64,000 bases of DNA from Candidatus Micrarchaeota archaeon (GCA_040754495.1 JBFMCO010000032.1:123-64122), one strand, 5' to 3'; shown: positions 50,858 through 59,894, counted from the stretch's first letter. Made by a program: numbers and translations. Notes: a model not told the origin generated them from the sequence alone.

Positions 50858-51562
50858 ATGGCGGAAGAGACGATCACAGTTCCGGCGGCGCAGAAGAAGC
50901 CCTTGAAGGGCCTGGCCTCGCTTCTCTCGGGCCTCGGCTTCACGAGGATACAGTACGGGAAGGGAACGCTCTCTGTGGAGAAGATAAAGGGGACCGACCT
51001 GCAGGGCAAGCCGTACCTGGAGTACCGGGTCGAGTTCAGGCAGGATTCGGTCGTCTTCCTCTACAGCTTCTCGGCCAAGAGGAGCCGCATCGCGAGGCTG
51101 CTGGATTTGATGCCGACGTTCCTCAACATCCTCCAGGTGGCGGAGGACTACTACGACGTGCGCCCGACCGGCATATTCACCCACATCAACGCCCTGCTCT
51201 CCGAGACCTCGAAGATAATAGACCGGGACGCGCTGGAATTCTCGACGCAGCTCTCCGAGCTGCAGGCGCGCTACAACGACATGAGCACCAAATACGACGA
51301 CCTGGTCCGCTCCGGGGAGACCAACACCCGCCTCCTGCTCGAGTGCGAGAGGAAGAGGGACGAGGTTCAGAAGAAGCTCGCCCAGCTTTCCGGCATGGGC
51401 GACGATTTGCTCAAGGAGACGCTCTACAACTGGATAAAGCTCCACGGCGGAACGATTGACGTGCGCGAGTTCGCGAAGGCGCATTCCGTCGCCGTGACGC
51501 GGGCCGAGGACGGCCTGAACATGCTCATCAAGGAAGGATACATCAGGAGGCGCTTCGAATGA
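50858..51562 (+). CDS. hypothetical coiled-coil protein with C-terminal wHTH-like region
   Basis: 234-aa ORF starting 18 nt after the ATPase stop. Central heptad-rich segment (LSELQARYNDMSTKYDDL...KRDEVQKKLAQL). The C-terminus (IDVREFAKAHSVAVTRAEDGLNMLIKEGYIRR) is wHTH-like. Confidence 0.6.
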   Translation: MAEETITVPAAQKKPLKGLASLLSGLGFTRIQYGKGTLSVEKIKGTDLQGKPYLEYRVEFRQDSVVFLYSFSAKRSRIARLLDLMPTFLNILQVAEDYYDVRPTGIFTHINALLSETSKIIDRDALEFSTQLSELQARYNDMSTKYDDLVRSGETNTRLLLECERKRDEVQKKLAQLSGMGDDLLKETLYNWIKLHGGTIDVREFAKAHSVAVTRAEDGLNMLIKEGYIRRRFE

Positions 51563-51822
51563 GCAGGCGCAGAAGAAGGGGCGGAAACGGAGGTCCGGGC
51601 GCGGGGGTCCAGATGGCAGGAAAATCCGGGCCGGAGGCCGGAAGCCGGAGACGGGATGCCGCAGAAGAGCCGCAGATGAGCCAGTACATCTTCACCTTCG
51701 AGCTCATCCGCCACTATCCGACGGTGCGCTCGTTCCTGGTGAAGCAGCCGCTCAAGCGCTCGTTCTCCGATACCTTCTCAGAGCTCCTTGGCGGGAACAA
51801 GAAAGGCATTTATAGGCTTTAG
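51559..51822 (+). CDS. small basic hypothetical protein
   Basis: 87-aa ORF with an ATGA overlap with the upstream gene and an Arg/Gly-rich N-terminus. Confidence 0.35.
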   Translation: MSRRRRRGGNGGPGAGVQMAGKSGPEAGSRRRDAAEEPQMSQYIFTFELIRHYPTVRSFLVKQPLKRSFSDTFSELLGGNKKGIYRL

Positions 51823-51848
51823 CCCCCTCTTTTCTCCAGGGTTTCCTT

Positions 51849-53150
51849 ATGAAAGTGCTGCTTGTCGGGAACGGTGCCAGGGAGCATGCCATAGCCGAGC
51901 ACCTGGCACGGGATTGCGAGCTATATGCGCTTATGTCCAAGAAGAACCCGGCCATAGCCCAGCTCTCGAAAGAGCACTGGCTCTGCGACATCGAGGACGC
52001 GGAGGCGGTATCGAAGGCCATTTCCGGGCGCGGGTTCGACCTCGGTTTCGCGAGCCCGGATGCCGTGCTCGCCGCAGGGGTGAGCGACGTCCTCGAGAAG
52101 GCGGGCATGCTCGTCGCCTCCCCGCTGAAGGCGGCGGCCCGGATTGAGTGGGACAAGTCCTTCATGCGGAATCTCCTGGAGCGGCACAGGATAAAGGGGC
52201 AGCCGCGGCACGCGGTCGTAACGGATTCCGGCAATGCCCGCCGCGCGATATCGGATTTCGGCCAGGTCGCGGTCAAGCCGCTCGGCCTCACGGGAGGAAA
52301 AGGCGTCAAGGTGAGCGGAGACCACTTCAATCACATAGACGAGAAGGTGGAATACGCGGAGAGCCTCATAAGGAAGGACGGAAAGGTCCTAATCGAGGAG
52401 AAGCTGGTCGGCGAGGAATTCACGCTCCAGGGATTCTCGGACGGCTCCCGCATAGCGGCGATGCCTCCCGTGCAGGACCACAAGCGCGCGTATGCAGGAG
52501 ATTTGGGGCCCAACACGGGCGGCATGGGCAGCTACTCATCGGGCGAGCGCCTCCCCTTCATGGAAAGCGGCGAGCTGGAGGAGGCGAAGAAAATCCTCCA
52601 GGGCGTGATACACGCGATGAAAAAGGAAGGCGTCCCCTTCAGGGGCGTGCTTTACGGCCAGTTCATCCTGACCGCGGGCGGCGTGAAGGTAATAGAGTTC
52701 AACGCCCGCTTCGGGGACCCGGAGGCCATGAACGTGCTCGCCCTCCTGCAGGACTCCCTCTCCAACGTCTTCCTGTCGATGGCCGAGGGCGACCTCCGCC
52801 CCCCGCGCTTCCTTGACGACTCGACCGTAGTCAAGTATCTCGTGCCGGAGGGCTATCCGGACAAGCCGGTGAAAGACGCGCCGGTGGAGATAGACGCCCG
52901 GGGCATAGAAGACAGCGGCGCGAAGCTATACTACGCCTCAGTGTACGAAAAGGGCGGCAGGATACTCACGACCGGCTCCCGCGCTTTCGGCGTTCTCGGC
53001 AGGGCAGGGTCTCTCGAGGAAGCCGAAAGGGTGGCAGAAGAAGGGTGCAGGCACATCCGCGGGCCGGTCTGGCACCGCAGTGACATCGGCAAAAAGTCGC
53101 TCCTTGAGGCCAAGGTCGCACGCATGCGCTCCCTGCGCGGGAAACCATGA
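51849..53150 (+). CDS. purD: phosphoribosylamine-glycine ligase
   Basis: 433-aa ORF with MKVLLVGNGAREHAIA and ATP-grasp motifs (GKGV, EFNARFGDPE). Confidence 0.95.
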   Translation: MKVLLVGNGAREHAIAEHLARDCELYALMSKKNPAIAQLSKEHWLCDIEDAEAVSKAISGRGFDLGFASPDAVLAAGVSDVLEKAGMLVASPLKAAARIEWDKSFMRNLLERHRIKGQPRHAVVTDSGNARRAISDFGQVAVKPLGLTGGKGVKVSGDHFNHIDEKVEYAESLIRKDGKVLIEEKLVGEEFTLQGFSDGSRIAAMPPVQDHKRAYAGDLGPNTGGMGSYSSGERLPFMESGELEEAKKILQGVIHAMKKEGVPFRGVLYGQFILTAGGVKVIEFNARFGDPEAMNVLALLQDSLSNVFLSMAEGDLRPPRFLDDSTVVKYLVPEGYPDKPVKDAPVEIDARGIEDSGAKLYYASVYEKGGRILTTGSRAFGVLGRAGSLEEAERVAEEGCRHIRGPVWHRSDIGKKSLLEAKVARMRSLRGKP

Positions 53151-54355
53151 AGGCGGCACTCCTGCTCCTGCTGCTGCTTCCGTTCGCGCATCCTGCCAGC
53201 TTCGGCTATTCCAGGCTCATCGTCGAGAGGTCCTGGGACGTGGAAAGCGGCGCCCCATACGAATTCAGCGGCGCCCTGGTGGTCAACGACAGCAACCAGC
53301 GCGTAGTCTCGATAACGACCGAGCCGCAGATGGACGTCTTCACGGACGAGAACGGCACCGTGCGCCTGGGGTACAATGGCAACGGGAGCGCAAGTCTCAG
53401 GGCGATTGCCATAGTGGACGTGGATTACGATACGCAGATATCCTCCGACCCGGCGCTGCCACGCAAGGGCATCCCGGGCACGAACCTGACCGCCGCGGAC
53501 GAAGACATCTCGTTCCAGGCCCGGAGGCTCGCGCGGGAGGAGTCCGCGCTGCTGACCGTCCGGGACCTCGTGAACTGGGTGCACGACAATGTCGAGTACG
53601 ACATAAGCTACTGGGGCAAGGTGAAATCGGCAAGGGAGGTGTATGCCGAGAGGCGCGGCGTGTGCGTGGAATACGCCCACCTGCTGATATCCATGGCGCG
53701 CTCGCTCGGCTTCCAGACGCGATATGTGAGCGGCTACGTCATGGGGGCGTCCTGGCAGCCGCACGCCTGGGCCGAGATACTGGTCCCGGGATACGGGTGG
53801 CTCCCGGCGGACGCCACCTTCGGCCAGGTGGGAATACTCGACACGAGCCACGTGGCCATACAGAAGGGGGACGACCAGTCGCAGGCCTACGACCTCCTCC
53901 TCTCGCGCGACAAGGACGCGAACATATCGGCTACAGACAGCGTCAGCGTCAGTTTCGACGACGCGGACCCTAAGGGGGTGGCGGTTGCGCTGGACGTGGA
54001 CATCGACACCTACGTGGCCGAGACGACTATCGACAACTCCCGCGACGAATACGTGTTCGGCTCGTATTCGCTTCTTGCCCCGGAAGGCTTCGGCGGGCAG
54101 GAGCCGTCCGTCGTCCTCCTGCGCCCGTCTGAGAAACTCCGCCTCTACCGGGGCCTCAACTACTCCCTTTTCGAGGAGGGATTCCTTTACGACGTGCCGG
54201 TCACGGCATCATTCAACGACGCGGTGGACGGGGAGACGGTAAAGCCGGGCCTCGAGCGCCTGGAAGGCGGCAGGGCGCCGCAGGGCCTCTGCATCCCGGC
54301 ATCCCTGCTCGTAATACTCATCGCCCTCATCGCTCTCGCGGGCAGGAAAATATAA
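53147..54355 (+). CDS. secreted, C-terminally anchored transglutaminase-like cysteine protease-fold protein
   Basis: 402-aa ORF with a signal peptide, RGVCVEYAHLLISMARSLG...HAWAEILVPGYGWLPADAT (Cys-His-Asp core) and a C-terminal TM helix. ATGA overlap with purD. Confidence 0.8.
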   Translation: MKAALLLLLLLPFAHPASFGYSRLIVERSWDVESGAPYEFSGALVVNDSNQRVVSITTEPQMDVFTDENGTVRLGYNGNGSASLRAIAIVDVDYDTQISSDPALPRKGIPGTNLTAADEDISFQARRLAREESALLTVRDLVNWVHDNVEYDISYWGKVKSAREVYAERRGVCVEYAHLLISMARSLGFQTRYVSGYVMGASWQPHAWAEILVPGYGWLPADATFGQVGILDTSHVAIQKGDDQSQAYDLLLSRDKDANISATDSVSVSFDDADPKGVAVALDVDIDTYVAETTIDNSRDEYVFGSYSLLAPEGFGGQEPSVVLLRPSEKLRLYRGLNYSLFEEGFLYDVPVTASFNDAVDGETVKPGLERLEGGRAPQGLCIPASLLVILIALIALAGRKI

Positions 54356-54377
54356 ACACTTCCGGAGATATCAGACC

Positions 54378-55448
54378 ATGGCCAAAATTCACGTCGTAGG
54401 GGCAGGGCCGGCCGGCTCGATTGCAGCAATCAGCGCGTGCAGGAGCGGCCACGACGTCATCGTATCCGAGGAGCATGCCGTGAGCGGCCTCCCCGAGAAC
54501 TGCTCCGGCCTTTTCTCCAAGGACGGCCTGGAGTCGCTCTCCGGCTTCATGGACTATAAGCGCTTCGTAATCCGCCAGATGCGGGGAGCCGACATCTACC
54601 TTGCCGGGGAGAAGCTGGCAATCAGGCGCGATGAGGCGGTCGGCTTCGTCTGCGACAGGGCGGCCATCGACCAGGAGCTTGCCGCGCGGGCGGAGGCGGA
54701 GGGCGCCGCGGTGAATTTCGGCGAGCGCGTTACCGATTCGTTCCGTTCGGACAACATCATCGGGGCCGACGGGCCGCTCTCGTCAGTCGCGAGGCACTTC
54801 CGCTTCCCGAAAATCGCGCGTTATGCGGCCACCCTCCAGGCAACCGTCCCGTACCGTGCGGCAGAGCCTGACATAGTGGAGGTATTCCTCTCGCAAAGCA
54901 TGTTCCCGGGCTTCTTCGGCTGGGTAATACCGCATGACGAATATTGCGCCGAGCTTGGCGTCGGGGTGGCGATGGGGCAAGACCTGCAGGAAGCCTGGCG
55001 CGGCCTGCTGAGGCGCAAGGGCGTTCCCGCGGCGCTCGTGAAGCCAAGGGGCGCAAGCATCCCGATATCGGTCAGGCGCAAGACCGGCATCCGCGCCGGC
55101 CGGAAGAACATACTGCTCGCCGGAGACGCGGCCGGCCAGGTCAAGGCGACGACCGGGGGCGGCGTGATATTCGGGGGCAACTGTGCGGCCCTTGCAGGGA
55201 AACTCGCAACCGACCCGGAGCGCTACGAGCGCGAATGGCGCTCAAGGTTCGGCCTGGACTTATCCATCCACTCAGCCCTGCGCACTTACCTTGCCGGCCT
55301 CGGGGATGCACAGCTAGCCTCCCTCGGCAGAAGGCTTAAGAAGCTGAATCTCGATGGCTATCTGTCAGGCCACGGCCACATGGACCGCCCGACGCGGATG
55401 ATAAAACCGGGGCTATTCAAGCATATTTTCAGGAACATTATCGCATGA
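54378..55448 (+). CDS. geranylgeranyl reductase family flavoprotein
   Basis: 356-aa ORF with VVGAGPAGSIAA (FAD-binding) and LAGDAAGQVKATTGGG. Confidence 0.85.
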   Translation: MAKIHVVGAGPAGSIAAISACRSGHDVIVSEEHAVSGLPENCSGLFSKDGLESLSGFMDYKRFVIRQMRGADIYLAGEKLAIRRDEAVGFVCDRAAIDQELAARAEAEGAAVNFGERVTDSFRSDNIIGADGPLSSVARHFRFPKIARYAATLQATVPYRAAEPDIVEVFLSQSMFPGFFGWVIPHDEYCAELGVGVAMGQDLQEAWRGLLRRKGVPAALVKPRGASIPISVRRKTGIRAGRKNILLAGDAAGQVKATTGGGVIFGGNCAALAGKLATDPERYEREWRSRFGLDLSIHSALRTYLAGLGDAQLASLGRRLKKLNLDGYLSGHGHMDRPTRMIKPGLFKHIFRNIIA

Positions 55449-55460
55449 TTGGTGGTGCTT

Positions 55461-56240
55461 ATGGAGGGCAAGGTGGAGCGTTATATACACGAGGAGCTGG
55501 CTACGAAAAAAGGCCTGCTCTTCGCCCTCATCGACCCGCTCGACTACAAGTCGCCGGCCGATGCGATAAAGACCGCCCGCAACGCTGACGAGGGAGGGGC
55601 GGACATCATACTCATAGGCGGGAGCACGGGCGTGCAGGGCGAGGCCCTTGACATGGTCGCCAAATCCATCAAGGAGGCGGTCTCGAAGCCGGTCGTGCTC
55701 TTCCCGGGCAACATAGGCACGCTCACCAAATACGCAGATGCCGTCTATTTCATGTCCATGCTGAACTCGCGCAACACGTACTGGATAAGCGAGGCGCAGA
55801 TGCTGGCCGCCCCCATGGTGAGGCATTACGGGATAGAGCCCCTCCCGGTCGCATACGCGGTCGTGGACCCAGGAGGGACCGTGGGCTGGGTTGGCGATGC
55901 GAAGCGCATACCGCGCAACAAGCCGAAAATAGCAGCGGCCTTCGGCATGGCCGCAGAGTACATGGGATTCCGCTTCTTCATAACGGACGCCGGGAGCAAC
56001 CCCGAGAACGGCCACATACCCCTCGAGATGGTGAGCGCGGTGCGCTCCTGCATAACCATCCCGTACATCGCGGCCGGCGGCATACGGACCGCCGAGCAGG
56101 CGAAGGGCGTGATAAAGGCAGGGGCCGACATAATCCAGGTCGGCACCGCGTTCGAGAAGGAGAGCTCGGTCTCGAAGATAAAGGACATGGTGAAGGCGGT
56201 CCGCGATGGGGCAAGGGCCAGGGAGCAGCAGAAGCCTTAG
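55461..56240 (+). CDS. geranylgeranylglyceryl phosphate synthase (PcrB/GGGPS family)
   Basis: ATG 55461 follows GGTGGTG. Motifs: LFALIDP, GGSTG, FFITDAGS, IAAGGIRT. Confidence 0.9.
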   Translation: MEGKVERYIHEELATKKGLLFALIDPLDYKSPADAIKTARNADEGGADIILIGGSTGVQGEALDMVAKSIKEAVSKPVVLFPGNIGTLTKYADAVYFMSMLNSRNTYWISEAQMLAAPMVRHYGIEPLPVAYAVVDPGGTVGWVGDAKRIPRNKPKIAAAFGMAAEYMGFRFFITDAGSNPENGHIPLEMVSAVRSCITIPYIAAGGIRTAEQAKGVIKAGADIIQVGTAFEKESSVSKIKDMVKAVRDGARAREQQKP

Positions 56241-56335
56241 GCGCATCCGGTCTCCCGAGGGAAGATCGCTTCCCTGGGCACCGGGAACGGGCCGCCGTTC
56301 TCGATTGCCTGCATCCGTTCCCGGCACATCTAAAC

Positions 56336-56362
56336 GCAAAACCCACAACCGGAAACCAGACA
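56336..56362. repeat. heptamer-family repeat copy between convergent genes
   Basis: AAACGCA AAACCCA CAACCGG AAACCAG. It is flanked by short hairpins (GGGAAG-ATCG-CTTCCC at 56259-56274; GCGGGC-TGGGT-GCCCGC). Confidence 0.45.
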
Positions 56363-56400
56363 ATGCGGGCTGGGTGCCCGCTGCCGGTAACCGGCTGCCC

Positions 56401-57255
56401 CTAGTCCGGCTCCATGTGGACGCTGACTTCCTTCACCTGGGGCACGGCCCTGATTATGTTGTTTTCCACTTCGTGGGCTATCCTGTGGGCCGTCACGATG
56501 TCCGTCTTGTGCGGGAAATGTATATGGACGTCCACGAAGACGCGGCTTCCGGCCACCCTCGCCCTGAGCTTGTGGTATCTAGTTATCCGCTTCTCCGCGC
56601 CAAGCACCCCCTCTATGCGGGAGAGCGTGGATTTGTCCGGGCTGAAGTCCATGAATATCACGAACGAGCGGATTCCGAGCTCAATCGATATGTAGAGCAT
56701 CACGAGCCCGACTGCGATGGCCGAAATGGGGTCGCCGATGGGGAATCCCAGCCTAACAAAAAGCAGGCCCGCGAGCACTGCGGCAGAGCTTATCACGTCG
56801 GTCAGGAAGTGGGCCGAGTCGGCCTCCAGCGCATGGCTGCCTCCCTCCTTCCTCGCGGTATCGGAAAGATAGCGGGAAGTGAGGTATGTCACCGGTATCG
56901 AAACGGCCATCAGCGCTATGCCAAGCTCCGAGTTCTCCACCTTCCCGGGCTCCGCAATCTTCTGGAAGGCCTCGAACAGCACGACACCCGCTGTTCCCAC
57001 GATAAGCATGGCCTGGAGGAGGGAGGAGAGGTTCTCGAACTTCTCGTGCCCGAAATGGTGGGTGCGGTCGCTCGGCTCCTCGCCCTTCCTGATGCCGAGG
57101 TACGCCAGCACCGATGCGAGGAGGTCGAAAAGGGAATGGGCGGATTCGGCGTACAGCCCTATGCTGCCGGTCAGCAGGGCCGCACTGATTTTGCTGAGAA
57201 GAAGGGCGGTGTTCACGCCTATGGAGACCGCGGCCGCGCCGAGCTTCTTTCCCAT
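56401..57255 (-). CDS. cation diffusion facilitator (CDF) family metal efflux transporter
   Basis: 284-aa ORF with HSLFDLLAS and DSAHFLTDV metal-site motifs, six TM segments and a C-terminal cytoplasmic domain. Confidence 0.9.
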   Translation of the reverse strand: MGKKLGAAAVSIGVNTALLLSKISAALLTGSIGLYAESAHSLFDLLASVLAYLGIRKGEEPSDRTHHFGHEKFENLSSLLQAMLIVGTAGVVLFEAFQKIAEPGKVENSELGIALMAVSIPVTYLTSRYLSDTARKEGGSHALEADSAHFLTDVISSAAVLAGLLFVRLGFPIGDPISAIAVGLVMLYISIELGIRSFVIFMDFSPDKSTLSRIEGVLGAEKRITRYHKLRARVAGSRVFVDVHIHFPHKTDIVTAHRIAHEVENNIIRAVPQVKEVSVHMEPD

Positions 57256-57316
57256 GAAGATTGTATGGGAGGGGCACGAATTAATATCTTATCTGGATAA
57301 TCCCAGCGGTGATTGG

Positions 57317-57991
57317 TTGAACATCTCATTCATAGAATTCCTGGCGCGGCACGGGGCGATGCGTTTCGGCGAGTTCACGCTGAAAAGCGGGCGCGTCTCG
57401 CCTTATTTCATCGACCTTGGAGTCCTGACGAGCGGCTCGACCATATCCGAGCTGGGGCGCTACTACGCCTCGCGCATACACGAGTGCTTCGCGGGCCGCT
57501 TTGACGTGGTCTTCGGCCCGGCTTACAAGGGCATCCCCATCGCGCTTGCAGCCACCATGGAGCTGAACCGGAACCACAACATGGACAAGCGCTGGCTCTT
57601 CGACAGGAAGGAGAAGAAGCTCCACGGCGCGGATGCCAACAGCGTTTTCGTGGGGAGCCAGGGCCTCGACCACGGCCAGAAGGTCGTCCTCGTGGACGAT
57701 GTCCTCACGACCGGAGGGACGAAGGTCGAGGCAATCGAGAAGCTGGAGAAGGCGCTCAAGGCCGAGGTCGTCGGCATAGTGATAGCCGTGGACAGGAAGG
57801 AGATAGGCAGGCGGAAGGGGGCGCTCGAGGAATTCAGCGAGGAAACCGGCGTGCCGGTGCATTCCATAATAGACATACACATGGCATTCAACCACCTCAG
57901 GGGCAGGCCGGTCGAAGGGAAGGTCTATGTCGATGACAAAATCTATTCGGCATACCAGGGATACATGGCAAAATACGGAGTGAAATTCTAG
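57317..57991 (+). CDS. pyrE: orotate phosphoribosyltransferase
   Basis: FGEFTLKSGRVSPYFID and VVLVDDVLTTGGT motifs. The start is uncertain: TTG 57317 after GGTGAT, or ATG 57359. The upstream part of the tracked ORF is antisense to the CDF gene. Confidence 0.85.
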   Translation: MNISFIEFLARHGAMRFGEFTLKSGRVSPYFIDLGVLTSGSTISELGRYYASRIHECFAGRFDVVFGPAYKGIPIALAATMELNRNHNMDKRWLFDRKEKKLHGADANSVFVGSQGLDHGQKVVLVDDVLTTGGTKVEAIEKLEKALKAEVVGIVIAVDRKEIGRRKGALEEFSEETGVPVHSIIDIHMAFNHLRGRPVEGKVYVDDKIYSAYQGYMAKYGVKF

Positions 57992-59109
57992 CGCTTTATC
58001 GCGGCAAGGCAGAAATCCAAAAAGCCGTCGTCGATGCCGACCACTTCGAGCCGCCTGCAGACTGCGCTCATGCCAAGGAGGCCGGATACGCTCGGCTCGG
58101 TCCTCCCGCCGTCGCTGGAAATCAGCTCCTTGATGTATGTCCCGGCCTCGGCTTTTATGATTAGGGTTGCCAGTTTCGGGTTTTCCGTTTCCCGTCTGAC
58201 CACTTCGATGTGCTTCACCTTCCTGTGCCGGACAAGGTTCGCCCTCCTGTGCGCGACGCGCGTCGGCGTCTTCTGGAGGATGGTCTTCCCCTCCAGGGTG
58301 CGGATTCTGGCAAGCGCATCGTCATCCACGTCAGCGCCGAACTCGACGTCAGCCTCGTAGGTCTTGTCGAAATGCGACTCGGTCACAAGCTCGCAGAAGC
58401 CTCTTTGGACGATTCGCAGGCCGGAAACGGCGACGTCCCCCTTTTCGCCTATCTCGCGCGCTATGGAATCCAGCTCCAGCTTCCTCTCTTTCGGGCCCTT
58501 TAGCTCCATCACGAACGGCCTGCCGGCGCTGTTTGTAGCGTCCACGTCCTCCCTGCCGGAGGCGTGCATCACGTAATCATCAGCGGAGGCGGCCTTTTTC
58601 AGCGGCCCCCCCACCCTCTCCTCGACCGATTCGTAGAGCATCCCCTTCCCGTGGCAGGCCGGGCATCCCTTGCCCTCGCATTTCGGGCAGCGCCAGCGGC
58701 TCTGCGACAATCCTGCCGAGAGCTTCATGTACCTGCCGAAGACGAAAAGCTCGTTGCGCTCCAGGCTGACCGCCCCCTTCGAGTAGTCGAAGACAAGGCG
58801 GCACTCGCCGTCCGGGACGTATCGCGCGCCGGACGCCTTCTCGAGCGCGGCTGAGATGCTCTTGTTCAGGAAGCTCTTCACGCTCTCTGCGCCGGCCAGC
58901 CTCTCGTCCCATGCACGCTCCTCGCGGGCCAGCCAGTCACGGCTCATCATCGTAGAGATGGAGAAGCTGCCCGCTTTCTCGGCGGCGAGCAGGCGAGCGG
59001 CCTCCTGCACCATCGCATCTGTCTTGAGGGCCGCGCCCCCGCATACATGGCATTCGCCTTCGGAAAAATGGGAGGAATTGGCGCGACCGCATACCATGCA
59101 CAAAAACAT
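57988..59109 (-). CDS. pus10: tRNA pseudouridine(54/55) synthase Pus10
   Basis: 373-aa ORF with Zn-ribbon Cys pairs (CMVCGR...CHVCGG; RCPKCEGKGCPACHG), GREDVD...GRPFVMEL and YIKELISSDGGRTEPS. Confidence 0.85.
   Translation of the reverse strand: MFLCMVCGRANSSHFSEGECHVCGGAALKTDAMVQEAARLLAAEKAGSFSISTMMSRDWLAREERAWDERLAGAESVKSFLNKSISAALEKASGARYVPDGECRLVFDYSKGAVSLERNELFVFGRYMKLSAGLSQSRWRCPKCEGKGCPACHGKGMLYESVEERVGGPLKKAASADDYVMHASGREDVDATNSAGRPFVMELKGPKERKLELDSIAREIGEKGDVAVSGLRIVQRGFCELVTESHFDKTYEADVEFGADVDDDALARIRTLEGKTILQKTPTRVAHRRANLVRHRKVKHIEVVRRETENPKLATLIIKAEAGTYIKELISSDGGRTEPSVSGLLGMSAVCRRLEVVGIDDGFLDFCLAAIKR
58165..58197. repeat. heptamer-family-like segment inside pus10
   Basis: CAGTTTC GGGTTTT CCGTTTC CCGTCTG, encoding RRETENPKL. 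Whether it is an insertion is unclear. Confidence 0.3.
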
Positions 59110-59118
59110 AGGAGCAGC

Positions 59119-59463
59119 TCAGAGTTCGAGTTCCTTGTGCGGCTCGGAGGGCAGGGCGTTCTTTATGCGGTAACCCTCTATGATGATGGCCGCGCGCCTG
59201 ATTTTCTCGTCGAAGCCCGAGGCCTCCTTAAGGCCAGTGGCCCTCTCGACGTAAAGGCCGAAATCAGCCATCGTGCTCGTGCCGTTGTTCGTCATGAGGC
59301 GCAGGATGCCCACGACGAGCTTCTTGCCTTTCTCGTCGCTTCCCCACACGCTCAGGGCAAGCGCGACCTGGTTTATGAAGTGCGCCTTGTCCGATTCCGA
59401 CATGGACTTCCAGATGGATACTATCCTGCCCTTGGCCTCATCATCAAGGAAATCAAGCACCAT
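59119..59463 (-). CDS. hypothetical protein (pus10 operon)
   Basis: 114-aa ORF, 9 nt upstream of pus10 and 4 nt downstream of the preceding ORF. Confidence 0.5.
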   Translation of the reverse strand: MVLDFLDDEAKGRIVSIWKSMSESDKAHFINQVALALSVWGSDEKGKKLVVGILRLMTNNGTSTMADFGLYVERATGLKEASGFDEKIRRAAIIIEGYRIKNALPSEPHKELEL

Positions 59464-59467
59464 GTTA

Positions 59468-59836
59468 TCAGCCCGTAACCCATTCCCTCAGGCTGAGCCG
59501 CCGCCCCTGCGCCGCTAGCTCAATCCTCTCGCCGAGGTCCACCGCGGCTTCCACCGCGCGCTGGCTCATGTGCGGGCTGAGAAGCGTCCTCTGCTCGGTT
59601 TCCTCGCGCCTGCGCGCGACTATGTTCCCGAGCTGCCTGCTCGGCGTCGCCTCGCGGATGAGCTCCTCGCGCCTCTGCTCGGCCGGCCTCTGCTCCCTCG
59701 CCCTTCTCCCTTCGTCATAGAATTCCTGGACGACGTCGGGGGTGAAGCCGCGCCGGGTCTTGGCGGCCTGGTCGAGTATGGAATTGATGATGGAAGCGAT
59801 GTCCTCCTTCTTTTTCATCCCCTGCGTGCCGGCCAT
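59468..59836 (-). CDS. hypothetical Arg/Glu-rich protein (pus10 operon)
   Basis: 122-aa ORF. A TATA-like box lies about 25 nt upstream of its ATG. Confidence 0.5.
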   Translation of the reverse strand: MAGTQGMKKKEDIASIINSILDQAAKTRRGFTPDVVQEFYDEGRRAREQRPAEQRREELIREATPSRQLGNIVARRREETEQRTLLSPHMSQRAVEAAVDLGERIELAAQGRRLSLREWVTG

Positions 59837-59854
59837 GCATTGATATCTGCGACA

Positions 59855-59865
59855 GCATTTATAAC
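59855..59865 (-). promoter_or_regulatory. TATA-like box for the 59836-57988 operon
   Basis: The minus strand reads GTTATAAATGC, centred about 25 nt upstream of ATG 59836. Confidence 0.4.
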
Positions 59866-59894
59866 GCTAGTCCTCTCACCTCAGGAAAACTAAC

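Noticed and set aside
56879-57316. Upstream 146 codons of the 370-aa ORF containing pyrE
   Set aside because: This part is antisense to the CDF transporter gene. The PyrE homology begins only around FGEFTLKSGR. The start was moved to TTG 57317 or ATG 57359.
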